A model generated the notes under the pieces. The model ran no database searches and was not told where the DNA came from. It saw only the letters and a program-made list of their open reading frames with translations. This document shows, in pieces, positions 1-12,600 of a stretch of 64,000 bases of DNA. How positions within the stretch are numbered: position 1 is the first letter of the stretch; every line of letters begins with the position of its first letter. Origin of the DNA: Paraspadella gotoi (lineage: Eukaryota; Animalia; Chaetognatha); NCBI GenBank assembly GCA_051294375.1, contig CM119267.1, positions 20,523,476 to 20,587,475 of the forward strand. The letters run 5' to 3'. The translations under genes were made by a program, and so were the position numbers.

Positions 1-487
1 GACAAAGATTCAAAAAAAGCCGAAACACAGCTAAAAGGAATAGACTAGTACCTAGCTGCTGCAAAAAAGCATTGTTCCCTTTCTTTGTCGTCAGCTCATG
101 ATTCTGCCCAGTGCCCGAAAATAACTCGCGGAAATGACGTTGCGTTTCGGGCAACGTTCGGCAGCAATTCCGGATGCAACGGAAGCAGTCCGTGAGAGAC
201 ACGACGATTTCGCCGTCGAGGCTGACAAAGGAACGGAGGAGAAATAGGTTTTACTTCCCTTACCGACACCCCATACGTTGTACACACCTTCCACCCTCCA
301 TGACGTCGAGAAGAGCATCCAAAGTGTCGGATATGGTCGCGACAAAGGTCGACGCCAACGACGATCTCGCGTCGACGATTAGACTGGCGCCCGACAACTC
401 GGACAAAAGAAGCGCGATTTTAGAGGAGTCTTCTTTAAGGCGGAAGCGAAGATCGCCGATGTCGACGAGAAGTTTTTCCATCGACAT
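1..487 (-). CDS. Ataxin-10-like ARM-repeat protein, 5' part (continues off the left edge)
   Basis: ATG at 487; exon 487-288, GT-AG intron 287-222, exon 2 from 221 reads SLDGEIVVSLTDCFRCIRNCCRTLPETQRHF. This resembles the ataxin-10 motif ECFRCLRNAC as I recall it. Confidence 0.5.
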
Positions 488-520
488 TGTTTCTTTTTTG
501 AGGTACGTAATAATTAGGAA

Positions 521-637
521 TTTAAAGAATAAGGAATAACAGATTTTTAGTGTGTAACAAACATTTTTATTATTATAATAATAAAAAATAAAAATTCGTC
601 GTCACACACTAAAAATCTTTTATTCCTTAAACTTAAA
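521..637. repeat. Short inverted repeat (~35-bp arms) upstream of the ataxin-10-like ATG
   Basis: aaggaataacagatttttagtgtgtaac (~530-558) pairs with gtcacacactaaaaatcttttattcctt (601-628) around an AT-rich spacer. Confidence 0.7.
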
Positions 638-784
638 TACAACGAAAAGAAAGAATCATAACAATGAATTTAAAAGAAATAAGAAAGCGCTCACCAATAA
701 CAAAAACAGCAATAAATTATTCCAGACCAGCTGGAAAGTGATAAAATTTGCTAGTTTATGATAACCAATACCCATAGCAGAATT

Positions 785-2736
785 TTAAAGTCTTGAATAA
801 TGAATAATCTTCATTCCCAAGTTGTCATATGGATTAATGACCGAATCTCGTCGATAAAACACGTAATGTTGGAGAATAAAACAAAAATTGAAGGAAATCG
901 TGATTAGGCCGAGCCCGAATTTGGTAAAATTGCCAAAAAATTGATTTCCAGTCGTCGTAGTTGTAAGACTACATTTTTTAAAAAAAGATCCGAGATAATT
1001 GTTTCTTTCGTCCCGACCAACATTCAAACAATGAACCATGATATGAGGCTGGTCAGTACTCATTTGACAAACCTTAAGAAACATCTGCAAAACAGAAAGC
1101 AAACCGCCCGATGTATCTAACAAAACCGTTCCGATGCTCCAGCCGTCAGTGCTTTTACGCCTATCGAAACACATCATTTATAGGAAACATTGTCAATGAA
1201 TTTTAAAACGAAAATTTCACCTAAAATTCATGTAAACTTGTGGAATGTATTTTAAAATAGAAACCGTAAGCTTGATGTAAGACCAAACATAAATATAATC
1301 GAGCCAAGAAATTACAGATACAACGGCAAGGATCAAGGTTGTCAAAGGCAGAAGAAAACGTTGCCAACGTGAGGGATCTTCAGACATTTAGAATGTAAAA
1401 TAATAAAATACCAATAAACGTGTTTTATGCGTAAAGTATGAATTGAATAATCATATCCTCACTTGCATAACACAGATATGTGTTGTTTTCCTCTTTATAC
1501 ATAAAGCACTGCGAGATAGTTAAGGTTGTAATGAAAAGAGCATGAATAGCTACAAACGACGTCATTATCTTCAACTTGAATCACGCCAAGAGGGTGGGCC
1601 TTTAAGAAATATTAGCAAGAAAGTCGGAAGGATTGCTCAATGCAATTAATATGTAAATTGTCTTGCCTGAAAATACAGTTTCGCGAACGTGGTAGTTATA
1701 TTTCAAGCATGTATTATAAATGACGTAAGCGAAAAATCCGATTTCATTCAGTGTCAAAAAATCGAAATTTAAGCCCACAACTGATTTGCGTTTGAAGTTG
1801 ATCCAAAATTGAGGGTAACCGCACAAAGCCCAACAAGCAAAATACATCCAACCGACGACTGCTCCTAACGTCTATAAATATAATTACTAATTATACTATA
1901 TTATAATTAGAACAAATCGAAAAAAGTGCATTAATAAAATGTAATTCTCAGTTTACCTCTAACCATTCGCTCCTGATAATAGAAATTTCTACTACGAGTA
2001 CGAGTATTTTTTTTCAGAATCATTTAGTCCCAAGTGCACTTCACCTGCAGACCTGTTACCTGAAATTTCCAAATTTTTTTCTTCAAAAGAATAGTTTCAA
2101 ATATATTAACTAATGTATTCTACCTTTAGCCGTATCTATTAAAACATTTTTTTGTTTCATTCCCACGAGTGTTTGGGGCGGTAATGGTGGAAAAAGGAGA
2201 AAACCGTTTTTGGTGGGCTCCTAAAATACGTATGTTTATTATACTTGTTAGTAGTAAATTTTAACTAAAATTTTGAGTTTGTTACTTTTTGGACATCATG
2301 GCCGACGAGGTAAATAAATTGGAAATTAGTCGGATATGAACTGAGCTTAACTTGCGAAATAGTCAAGTTGAGAGCATTGCCTTTTTTAAAAATAAACTTT
2401 TAAAAAAAGAGCTTATAAATAAATCTCAACGCGTTTACCAACCAATAAGGATAATGCATTTTCTAGCCAAATTCTCTCCACAGGTGAGCTTTACATTTCC
2501 AATTGTTGATGTAACTCGCAGTGAAAGAACAGCCAAGACGAAAATATTTTTAAGTTTCGGGTAACCATCGTAATAAATACCAATTCTATTCCCAAAACTA
2601 ATTCATTCACGTCTGGCGACCAGAATCTTTCAGCTCTGCTACAGCAAACTGGTGAATAAAGTACTTTGAATTTACCAATCACTATATATGAATGCAATCG
2701 CGAGCAAAGAGCAGCAACGTATCTCAAAGATCCCAT
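785..2736 (-). CDS. CTNS: Cystinosin paralogue 1 (PQ-loop lysosomal cystine transporter), multi-exon
   Basis: Exons encode [62 protein letters not shown] and SYNYDDW..GNFTKFGLG..LQHYVFY; C-terminus ..YDNL..YSRL*. A few homopolymer frameshifts look like sequencing noise. Confidence 0.9.
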
Positions 2737-3009
2737 ATTTGGTGAAAGTGGAGAACTGGAGATCTCCCTAAACAAAACAGAAAAATCAATGAAATGACTG
2801 CATGATAACGTTGTCTCTACGCCATTGTGAGACACTGTAGATCAGCGATTCTGAACTTCCCCCTTCACCCCCTTTTATTTTTCGGAGCTGCTTCGCCCCA
2901 CCCGCCGTGCTGCGATAGGTTGGTCTCTTTCGTCGTTCCTTGGGTCTCTCGACCGTCTCTAACTCTACGGCTTCCCGCGGGGTACTGCAGGCTGAATAAG
3001 GTAACTATT

Positions 3010-3057
3010 CAAAGTACACAAATTTAAAGTACACAATTTAAAGTACACAATTTAAAC
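3010..3057. repeat. Short tandem repeat (aaagtacacaattt) x3 at the SDR39U1 stop; also at ~7424-7468
   Basis: Directly visible 14-15 nt unit repeated three times. Confidence 0.85.
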
Positions 3058-4143
3058 AGAGCTGGACATGGGCGAGTTCTTCTGCGGTCCCTTGCTGGTA
3101 ACGCATTCTTTGCAAGCGTCTTTGAGATGAGTAAACTCGAACTCGTAGCCGGATTCGAGAGTAACGTTTCGGCCACACCTTTTGCCCCTCGAGCATCATG
3201 GCGCCACGCTCGGCCCGAAGACGGCGTTGACGATGAAACCGGGAAGAGGGAAGAACGCCGGTCGCGACATGGCCGCGCCGAAGGCTTTGGCGAAATCCGC
3301 ATTGGTGTCGTGGGACGGTGCCACCGCGTTGAGACGCCCTTTACACCCTTATACGGGGAAAGACAAGGATTGAGTATTGAAAGGCCGTTGTTTAAAAAGA
3401 GTCCATCACTTTTGCTCATAAGTACAAAAAATTCATGCAAGGTATGACATCCACGACCATACAACGATAAAAAACTTTTACATCATCATCACTCACGTGA
3501 TTTTCGATTGCGTGAAGGATGATTCCCGCGACGTCATTGTTGTGAACCCATGCCAGCCACTGGCCGCCGTTGCCGGTCGGCCACCGAGTCCCGCGAAGAA
3601 GGGCCACCAGACGTTGTCGACGATTCCGCCGCCACGACCCAACACGACGCCGATTCTCACGGTGACCAGCCTGGTCGGCACTGAAGGTGGGATTGCCGCC
3701 GCTGCTTCCCAATCGTGAGTCAACTGTTCCACGTAGTTGCTTGCCGCGCAGACAGAGTCTTCGTCGTAAGTTTCCGTCGCCGAAGTCGGGTAGTAGCCGA
3801 TGGCCGAGGAGGAGACGAACACCTCCGGTGGCTCGTCGGCGGCGGCGATGGCGGCCACCATGCTTCGCGTCGTCTCGATTCGCGAGCTCCGCACGACCGC
3901 GGCGTACGAGTCTCCCCAACGCTTGGTCGGATCTAGGATGTTGGCGCCGGCGAGATTGACGGCCGCCTTGGTGCGCGGGGGAGACCCTGGTTACGCAAGG
4001 AGTCCCAGGTGAGAACACGGCAACCCGCGATGGGTGGAGTCTCGGCGGAGCGGGAACGACGACGACCTCATGGCCTCGATGTCGGAGAAAGCGACAAAGG
4101 CTCTTGCCCACAAAACCGCTTCCACCCCCACCACCACCTTCAT
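3052..4143 (-). CDS. SDR39U1: Epimerase family protein SDR39U1-like, frameshifted duplicate copy
   Basis: Near-identical to 7464-8562 but with several 1-nt indels; probably a noisy redundant assembly copy rather than a true pseudogene. Confidence 0.6.
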
Positions 4144-4347
4144 TTGTTTTTAGTACTACGATAAATCTATATAAAAATGGATCCGGGGGGTGGGGGCAGA
4201 ATATGGGGTAATTTTTTTGGTTGGGCCGTTCCACCGTGAAGCTAATAAAAATATTCGCTGATATATGTAAGAAGTAGAAATTGTGAAATACATACGTAAA
4301 ATTTAATTAAAAAATAATGAAAAGTATTGTGTATTCTGTATTGTGTA

Positions 4348-5069
4348 CAGAAGGCTTCATATTATAAAATGTAGTACCCTTTTTTGTGACCAGAATCTGT
4401 TGCCACAAAAACTACCCAATCGAAATTTAATGAATTTTACATTATAGAGTGCTAATGACTATATAAATGGAACTATCGAAGAATATTTGATATTCAACCC
4501 CGACAAGAGATACAGGGCCCTGGGGTTTACCCCTCGGGGGCCAAAAAATGCTAAAAGTTTATTTTATTTTTCAAATATTTTTTAGTAGCATCAGGTGCAT
4601 TGACGTTTTAAACATAAGAAAAAAAACATTTTAGAACTAAAACTGATAAATTTGCAATAATTAAGCATGGTTGAAGATACATGGTTCATCGTTTTACTTC
4701 CAAATTTTCCCAAATTATTCCAAATCTGACTTTAACTGCCGATGTTCATGAAGCTAAAAATTAAGGTAAATGAATATTTTTGAGGTAATAAATACGTTTT
4801 TGTGGAAGAGTAAACGTCTGTGCAACTGTTTAAAACAAAATAATAAAAAAATTTGGAAAAAATTTTTGACCATTTGTGCCCTCAGGGGCTGCCCCTCAGG
4901 GCCCCTTATCTCAGCTTAGGTTGAATTTAAAAATTTGCCTCGATAGTTCCATTTTTATCACTCCTGGTGAAATTTACAAAATTTCATTAAATTCTTTTCA
5001 GTAGTTTTCTCGGAACGTGTTTCTGGTCACAAAAAGGGGTACCACATTTTATATATATGAAGCCTTCTG
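4348..5069. mobile_element. Non-autonomous DNA transposon (MITE), Tc1/mariner-like, with TA target duplication
   Basis: TA|CAGAAGGCTTCATATTATAAAATGTAGTACCCTTTTTTGTGACCAGAA ... TTCTGGTCACAAAAAGGGGTACCACATTTTATATATATGAAGCCTTCTG|TA. The degenerate inverted arms extend about 230 bp inward; no ORF. Confidence 0.85.
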
Positions 5070-7463
5070 TATTGGGCAAAAATCGGAATGATTCTAGATC
5101 ATACAAATTATGAATTGAAACAGACCGCTGTACGTCACGAAAATAAAAATAAATCCATCTACTGTAACTTCGTCGCCAATTCGCTGCTGTTCTGGTCTCA
5201 AAATGGTCCGACTTGTTTGCTCGCACCGTTGATAATCTCGTCGTAAGGGCGCGCATTCCGGTAAAAACACGTAGTGTTGCAACATGAAAAAGAACGTCGA
5301 AGAGAACAGATGAAAGTCCAGGGAGAACTTGGTCACGTTTCCANNNNNNNNNNNNNNNNNNNNNNNNNGAAGGATTGCTCAATGCAATTAATATGTAAAT
5401 TGTCTTGCCTGAAAATACAGTTCGCGAACGTGGTAGTTATATTTCAAGCATGTATTATAAATGACGTAAGCGAAAAATCCGATTTCATTCAGTGTCAAAA
5501 AATCGAAATTTAAGCCCACAACTGATTTGCGTTTGAAGTTGATCCAAAATTGAGGGTAACCGCACAAAGCCCAACAAGCAAAATACATCCAACCGACGAC
5601 TGCTCCTAACGTCTTTAAATATAATTACTAATTATACTATATTATAATTGGAACAAATCGAAAAAAGTACATTAATAAAATGTAATTTCTCAGTTTACCT
5701 CTAACCATTCGCNNNNNNNNNNAGACATTTAGAATGTAAAATAATAAAATACCAATAATCGTGTTTTATGCGTAAAGTATGAACATTGAATAATCATATC
5801 CTCACTTGCATAACACAGATATGTGTTGTTTTCCTCTTTTATACATAAAGCACTGCGAGATAGTTAAGGTTGTAATGAATAAAGCATGAATAGCTACAAC
5901 GACGTCATTATCTTCAACTTGAATCACGCCAAGAGGGTGGGCCTTTAAGAAATATTAGCAAGAAAGTTGGAAGGATTGCTCAATGCAATTAATATGTAAA
6001 TTGTCTTGCCTGAAAATACAGTTCGCGAACGTGGTAGTTATATTTCAAGCATGTATTATAAATGACGTAAGCGAAAAATCCGATTTCATTCAGTGTCAAA
6101 AAATCGAAATTTAAGCCCACAACTGATTTGCGTTTGAAGTTGATCCAAAATTGAGGGTAACCGCACAAAGCCCAACAAGCAAAATACATCCAACCGACGA
6201 CTGCTCCTAACGTCTTTAAATATAATTACTAATTATACTATATTATAATTGGAACAAATCGAAAAAAGTACATTAATAAAATGTAATTTCTCAGTTTACC
6301 TCTAACCATTCGCTCCTGATAATAGAAATTTCTACTACTTGAGTACGAGTATTTTTTTCAGAATCATTTAGTCCCAAGTGCACTTCACCTGCAGACCTGT
6401 TACCTGAAATCAATATTTCCAATTTTTTTTCTTCAAAACAATAGTTTTGCAAATATATTAACAAATGTATTCTACCTTTAGCCGTATCTATTAAAACATT
6501 TTTGTTTCATCCCAGCTAGTGTTTGGGGCGGTAATGGTGGAAAAAGGAGAAAACCGTTTTTGGTGGGCTCCTAAAATACGTATGTTTATTATACTTGTTA
6601 GAAGTAAATTTTAACTAAAATTTTGAGTTTGTTACTTTTTGGACATCATGGCCGACGAGGTAAATAAATTGGAAATTAGTCGGATATGAACTGAGCTTAA
6701 CTTGCGAAACAGTCAGTGAGAGCATTGCCTTTTTAAAAATAAACTTTTAAAAAAGAGCTTATAAATAAATCTCAACGCGTTTACCAACCAATAAGGATAA
6801 TGCATTTTCTAGCCAAATTCTCTCCACAGGTGAGCTTTACATTTCCAANNNNNNNNNNNNNNNNNNNNNNNNNNNNNNNNNNNNNNNNNNNNNNNNNNNN
6901 NNNNNNNNNNNNNNNNNNNNNNNNNNNNNNNNNNNNNNNNNNNNNNNNNNNNNNNNNNNNNNNNNNNNNNNNNNNNNNNNNNNNNNNNNNNNNNNNNNNN
7001 NNNNNNNNNNNNNNNNNNNNNNNNNNNNNNNNCTAATTCATCACGTCTGGCGACCAGAATCTTTCAGCTCTGTTACAGCAAACTGGTGAATAAAGTACTT
7101 TGAATTTACCAATCACTATATATGATGCAATCGCGAGCAAAGAGCAGCAACGTATCTCAAAGATCCCATATTTGGTGAAAGTGGAGAACTGGAGATCTCC
7201 CTAAACAAAACAGATTGTGACTGATGTCGTGTCTCTACGCCATTGTGAGACACTGTAGATCAGATTCTAACTTCCCCCACCCCCTTTTATTTTTCGGAGC
7301 TGCTTCGCCCCACCCGCCGTGCTGCGATCGGTTGGTCTCTTTCGTCGTTCCTTGGGTCTCTCGACCCGTCTCTAACTCTACGGCTTCCCGCGGGGTACTG
7401 CAGGCTGAATAAGGTAACTATTCAAAGTACACAATTTAAAGTACACAATTTAAAGTACACAAT

Positions 7464-8562
7464 TTAAACAGAGCTGGACATTGGCGAGTTCTTCTGCGGT
7501 CCCTTGCTGGTAACGCATTCTTTGCAAGCGTCTTTGAGATGAGTAAACTCGAACTCGTAGCCGGATTCGAGAGTACGTTTCGGCCACACCTTTTGCCCCT
7601 CGAGCATAATGGCGCCACGCTCGGGCCCGAAGACGGCGTTGACGATGAAACCGGGAAGAGGGAAGAACGCCGGTCGCGACATGGCCGCGCCGAAGGCTTT
7701 GGCGAAATCCGCATTGGTGTCGTGGGACGGTGCCACCGCGTTGAGAACGCCCTTTACACCCTTATACGGGGAAAAGACAAGGATTGAGTATTGAAAGGGC
7801 GTTTGTTTAAAAAGAGTCCATCACTTTTGCTCATAAGTACAAAAAATTCATGCAAGGTATGACATCCACGACCATACAACGATAAAAAACTTTTACATCA
7901 TCATCACTCACGTGATTTTCGATTGCGTGAAGGATGATTCCCGCGACGTCATTGTTGTGAATCCATGCCAGCCACTGGCCGCCGTTGCCGGTCGGGCCAC
8001 CGAGTCCCGCGAAGAAGGGCCACCAGACGTTGTCGACGATTCCGCCGCCACGTCCCAACACGACGCCGATTCTCACGGTGACCAGCCTGGTCGGCACTGA
8101 AGGCGGGATTGCCGCCGCTGCTTCCCAATCGTGAGTCAACTGTTCCACGTAGTTGCTTGCCGCGCAGACAGAGTCTTCGTCGTAAGTTTCCGTCGCCGAA
8201 GTCGGGTAGTAGCCGATGGCCGAGGAGGAGACGAACACCTCCGGTGGCTCGTCAGCGGCGGCGATGGCGGCCACCATGCTTCGCGTCGTCTCGATTCGCG
8301 AGCTCCGCACGACCGCGGCGTACGAGTCTCCCCAACGCTTGGTCGGATCTAGGATGTTGGCGCCGGCGAGATTGACGGCCGCCTTGGTGCCGCGGGGGAG
8401 ACCCTGGTTACGCAAGGAGTCCCAGGTGAGAACACGGCAACCCGCGATGGGTGGAGTCTCGGCGGAGCGGGAGACGACGACGACCTCATGGCCTCGATGT
8501 CGGAGAAAGCGACAAAGGCTCTTGCCCACAAAACCGCTTCCACCCCCCACCACCACCTTCAT
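7464..8562 (-). CDS. SDR39U1: Epimerase family protein SDR39U1-like (intact copy), 2 exons
   Basis: MKVVVGGGSGFVG Rossmann motif, AVNLAGANI, SSRIETT, VSSSAIGYY, RIGVVLGRGGG, GGQWLAWIH; exon 2 reads GVLNAVAP..LEGQKVWPKRTLESGYEF. Confidence 0.93.
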
Positions 8563-8762
8563 TGTTTTTAGTACTACGATAAATCTATATAAAAATGGAT
8601 CCGTGGGGGGGGCAGAATATGGGGTAATTTTTTGGTTGGGCCGTTCCACCGTGAAGCTAATAAAAATATTCGCTGATATATGTAAGAAGTAGAAATTGTG
8701 AAATACATACGTAAAATTTCATTAAAAAATAATGAAAAGTATTGTGTATTCTGTATTGTGTA

Positions 8763-9492
8763 TAGAAGGCTTCATATTATAAAATGTAGTACCCCTTTTT
8801 TGTGACCAGAATCTGTTGCCACAAAAACTACCCCATCGAATTTAATGAAATTTTACATTAAGAGTGCTAATGACTATATAAATGGAACTATCGATATTCG
8901 AACTATTGATATTCAACCCCTGACAAGAGATACAGGGCCCTGGGGGTTTACCCCTCGGGGGCCAAAAAATGCTAAAATTTTTTTTTTTTATTTTTCAAAT
9001 TTTTTTAGTAGCATCAGGTGCATTGACGTTTTAAACATAAGAAAAAAACATTTTAGAACTAAAACTGATAAATTTGCAATAATTAAGCATGGTTGAAGAT
9101 ACATGGTTCATCGTTTTACTTCCAATTTTCCCAAATTATTCCAAATCTGACTTTAACTGCCGATGTTCATGAAGCTAAAAATTAAGGTAAATGAACATTT
9201 TTGAGGTAATAAATACGTTTTTGTGGAAGAGTAAACATCTGTGCAACTGTTTAAAACAAAATAATAAAAAAATTTGAAAAAATTTTTGACCATTTGTGGC
9301 CCTCAGGGGCTGCCCCCTCAGGGCCCCTTATCTCAGCTTAGGGGTTGAATGTAAAAATTTGCCTCGATAGTTCCATTTGTATCACTCCTGGTGAAATTTG
9401 CAAAATTTCATTAAATTCTTTTCAGTAGTTTTCTCGGAACGTGTTCTGGTCACAAAAAAGGGGTACCACATTTTATAATATGAAGCCTTCTG
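8763..9492. mobile_element. Same TA-flanked MITE as 4348-5069 (duplicate copy)
   Basis: TA at 8761-62 and 9493-94; same terminal inverted repeats. Confidence 0.85.
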
Positions 9493-9621
9493 TATTTGGG
9501 CAAAAATTGGAATGATTCTAGATCATACAAATTATGAATTGAAACAGAACCGCTGTACGTCACGAAAATAAAAATAAATCCATCTACTGTACTTCGTCGC
9601 CAATTCGCTGCTGTTCTGGTC

Positions 9622-12600
9622 TCAAAATGGTCCGACTTGTTTGCTCGCACCGTTGATAATCTCGTCGTAAGGGCGCGCATTCCGGTAAAACACGTAGTGT
9701 TGCAACATGAAAAAGACGTCGAAGAGAACAGAGAAAAGTCCCAGGGAGAACTTGGTCACGTTTCCAAATATAGAGTTCCAGTCGTCGTAGTTGTAAGACT
9801 GGAGAAGACGAGGGGAAGAAGTCTAAAATATCTTGCGACAGAAATCGGTCATAGACATAGGGAATTAGAGAAAAATTATAACGAGAAATGCATATAATTA
9901 TGAAACGTGAAAGTAAAGATGGCTGAAGGATAAAGCGAAGGCAAATTACGAAAGTCTGAAAAAAAGTTAAATCAATGGTTATTAACCATTTGTTAACCGT
10001 TAAGAATATAAAACGAAAAGTTTTTAACTCATTCATTCGAATCACTCAATCTGTAAAAATAAAATGAAAACAAGGTAAAAAATCTTGTATAAAAAATAAA
10101 CTTCAAAACGTAAAATAAGGGCGAATAAAAACATTTTTATGTATATAAAAGAGACATCCTTTGTTCCTAAGTTCATTTTGGTCAGTGTTCGGATCCATCT
10201 TTGCTCCCGATAGTCAGCCGCTCTAAAAACTCGCCATGACTTTTAACGATTATGTTATCGCTGTCCAGCTTGGGAATACCTTGAGACAAGTCGCTCGTCA
10301 TAAAGGCTGATATATCGAGAGGAGAGTTGCACCTGTTTCCATTGCACACACAATAAAGAATTAACTCCTTGGAAGGGGTAATTAGAGAGGCGCAGGTCTC
10401 TCCTATTCGAGACACGGCTAATTGTTCCTGGTAGTGCTTTTCGAGAAGACTGAGGCATGAATGAAGAAAACGGTCGGGGTACTTGGGATGCCACATAAAA
10501 ACGCAACGATCCCCTTTGGCCATGCAGCCCACCAGGTAGTAGACAAGAAGATTGTCTTTCGGATACGTAACGAAGCAAAAACGTTCCTTTTGCGGGGAGT
10601 GATGTGGGGCGGGGAGAAACCGTCTCAAGTTGCGGTTGCATAAGTCTCCCCGGCAGAAACAAACTCGAATCGGTGTCCTCGTCGCCGCCGTTTCAGGCAG
10701 ACTGGGAAACCTGTCCAAGCTGCAGCACGATTCGTCATTTCCGTACCGAGACTCATCGATTAGTCCCGGGAAAATGTAAGCAGCGCAGCCGAACGTCGTC
10801 GCACCCGAGTTCTCATCCCGAATCATTACGCAATGCGAAGCCACTGGACATTCTGTCGTGCGGATTGACGGCAAGTCCGTGCATCCGGCGGGACGGTCCC
10901 AAACGACGCATAGCATGGTCTCAGAATAGTCGATGGAATTACCGCCGGTGACGTTGTGGGTAAATGACAACTGACACTGGTTTTGGGGCATTTCTAAGTT
11001 CGAGGCCTGCAAACCTAAACTTTTATAATTGTCTTCCATCATTTTTAGAGCTTCGTCGGGCGTCTTTAAAGTGGCTTTTGTTCCTTTCGTTTTATCACAC
11101 TCTTTTCTGTATTCGTCCAAGGCCCATGTAGTAAAATTGCCTAAATAAAAATTAGAATTCTGTGGACCGACACAATGAGCGAGTGTTTTACCGCACCACT
11201 TATGTGAGCTACAACAACCGTTAGACTCATCACAGGCATACATTTCGTGATTAATCATTCCACATTTTCCATTAGGATGTCTTTTTTTGGGACTGTCAAA
11301 AATACAAACTTCATTTGGCTTTGTGACTGCATAATTTGGAGATTTGGTAGTTTTAGCTGGCAAAGTAATAGTTTCAGGTTTAGAGGTAGATTCTGTTGGA
11401 GAGTAGGTAATATCAGTTAAAAAGGTAGTTAAGACAGAAGATACGGTTGTAGCTTTTGATATTGTGGCGTTAGTGTTGGCTGCTGAACCGGTATAACCGT
11501 CCAGCACAGAGGTAATTTCAGTTGGCATAGTGAGCGAGGTATTTTTAATAGGTACGATTGTAGTTTCTGTTACCAAAGTAAAACTATCTGGTGAATCAGT
11601 AGTAGTTTTAGCTGTCGCGGAGGTTGTTTCAGCTGACACAGAAGTTACAGCTGTTGCGAGGGTTGTTTCATCAGGAAGGCTGGTAGGATCAGCCAGAGTG
11701 GTTACATTCTTCATCAATATGGTAGAATTTTTAGCCAATATGGTAGTGTTGATAGAGAATGTAGTAATATCATCTGTAATTATGGTGGTGGTTTCAGCGG
11801 GCATGTTGGTAGTTTCAGCAAACATGTTGGTTATTTCAGCAAGCGTGCTGGTTGATTTTGGTATGAATGTGGTTGATTCCTTTGGTATGGTGGTTGATTT
11901 ATCAGACGTGGTGGACAAGGGTCCAAGGGTCATGGTGGTTATTTCAGTTTCTCCAATAGGCATGGAGGTTGTTTCAACTGGCATGGTGGTAGTTTCAGCT
12001 AGCATAGCAGTAGTTTTGACCGGTAAGGGGGTAGTTTCAGATTGCATGGCGGTAGTTTCAGATTGCAGGAATGGCAAGTCAATTCACGTATTGCAAGAGT
12101 GGTAGTTTCAGATTGCAAGGTGGTAGTTCAGATTGCAAGGTGGTAGTTTCAGATTGAAAGGTGGTCAGTTTCAGATTGGCATTGGCGGTAGTTTCAGATT
12201 GCAAGGTGGTAGTTTCAGATTGCAAGTGGGAGTTTCAGATTGCAAGAGGTGGGAAGTTTCAGATTGTAGAGGTGGTAGTATCAGCTTGCAAAGTAGTAGT
12301 TCCGGCTGGCATGGTGGTAATTTTGGCTGGCAATGAGGTAGTTTCCGACGGCAAGGTCGTAGTTTCCGACGGCAAGGTCGTAGTTTCCGACGGCAAGGTC
12401 GTAAGTTTCCGACGGCAAGGTCGTAGTTTCGACGGCAAGGTCGTAGTTTCCGAACGGCAAGGTCGTAGTTTCCGACGGCAAGGTCGTAGTTTCCGACGGC
12501 AAGGTCGTAGTTTCCGACGGCAAGGTCGTAGTTTCCGACGGCAAGGTCGTAGTTTCGACGGCAAGGTCGTGTTTCGCGACGGCAAGGTCGTAGTTTCCGA

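Larger units (their letters stand above)
5369..9766. repeat. Segmental duplicate of ~1381-5343 (cystinosin-1 5' part, SDR39U1, MITE, cystinosin-2 last exon), plus a third fragment at 5369-5712
   Basis: Near-identical sequence, with N gaps at about 5345-5368, 5713-5722 and 6849-7032; the differences are mostly 1-nt indels. Confidence 0.9.
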
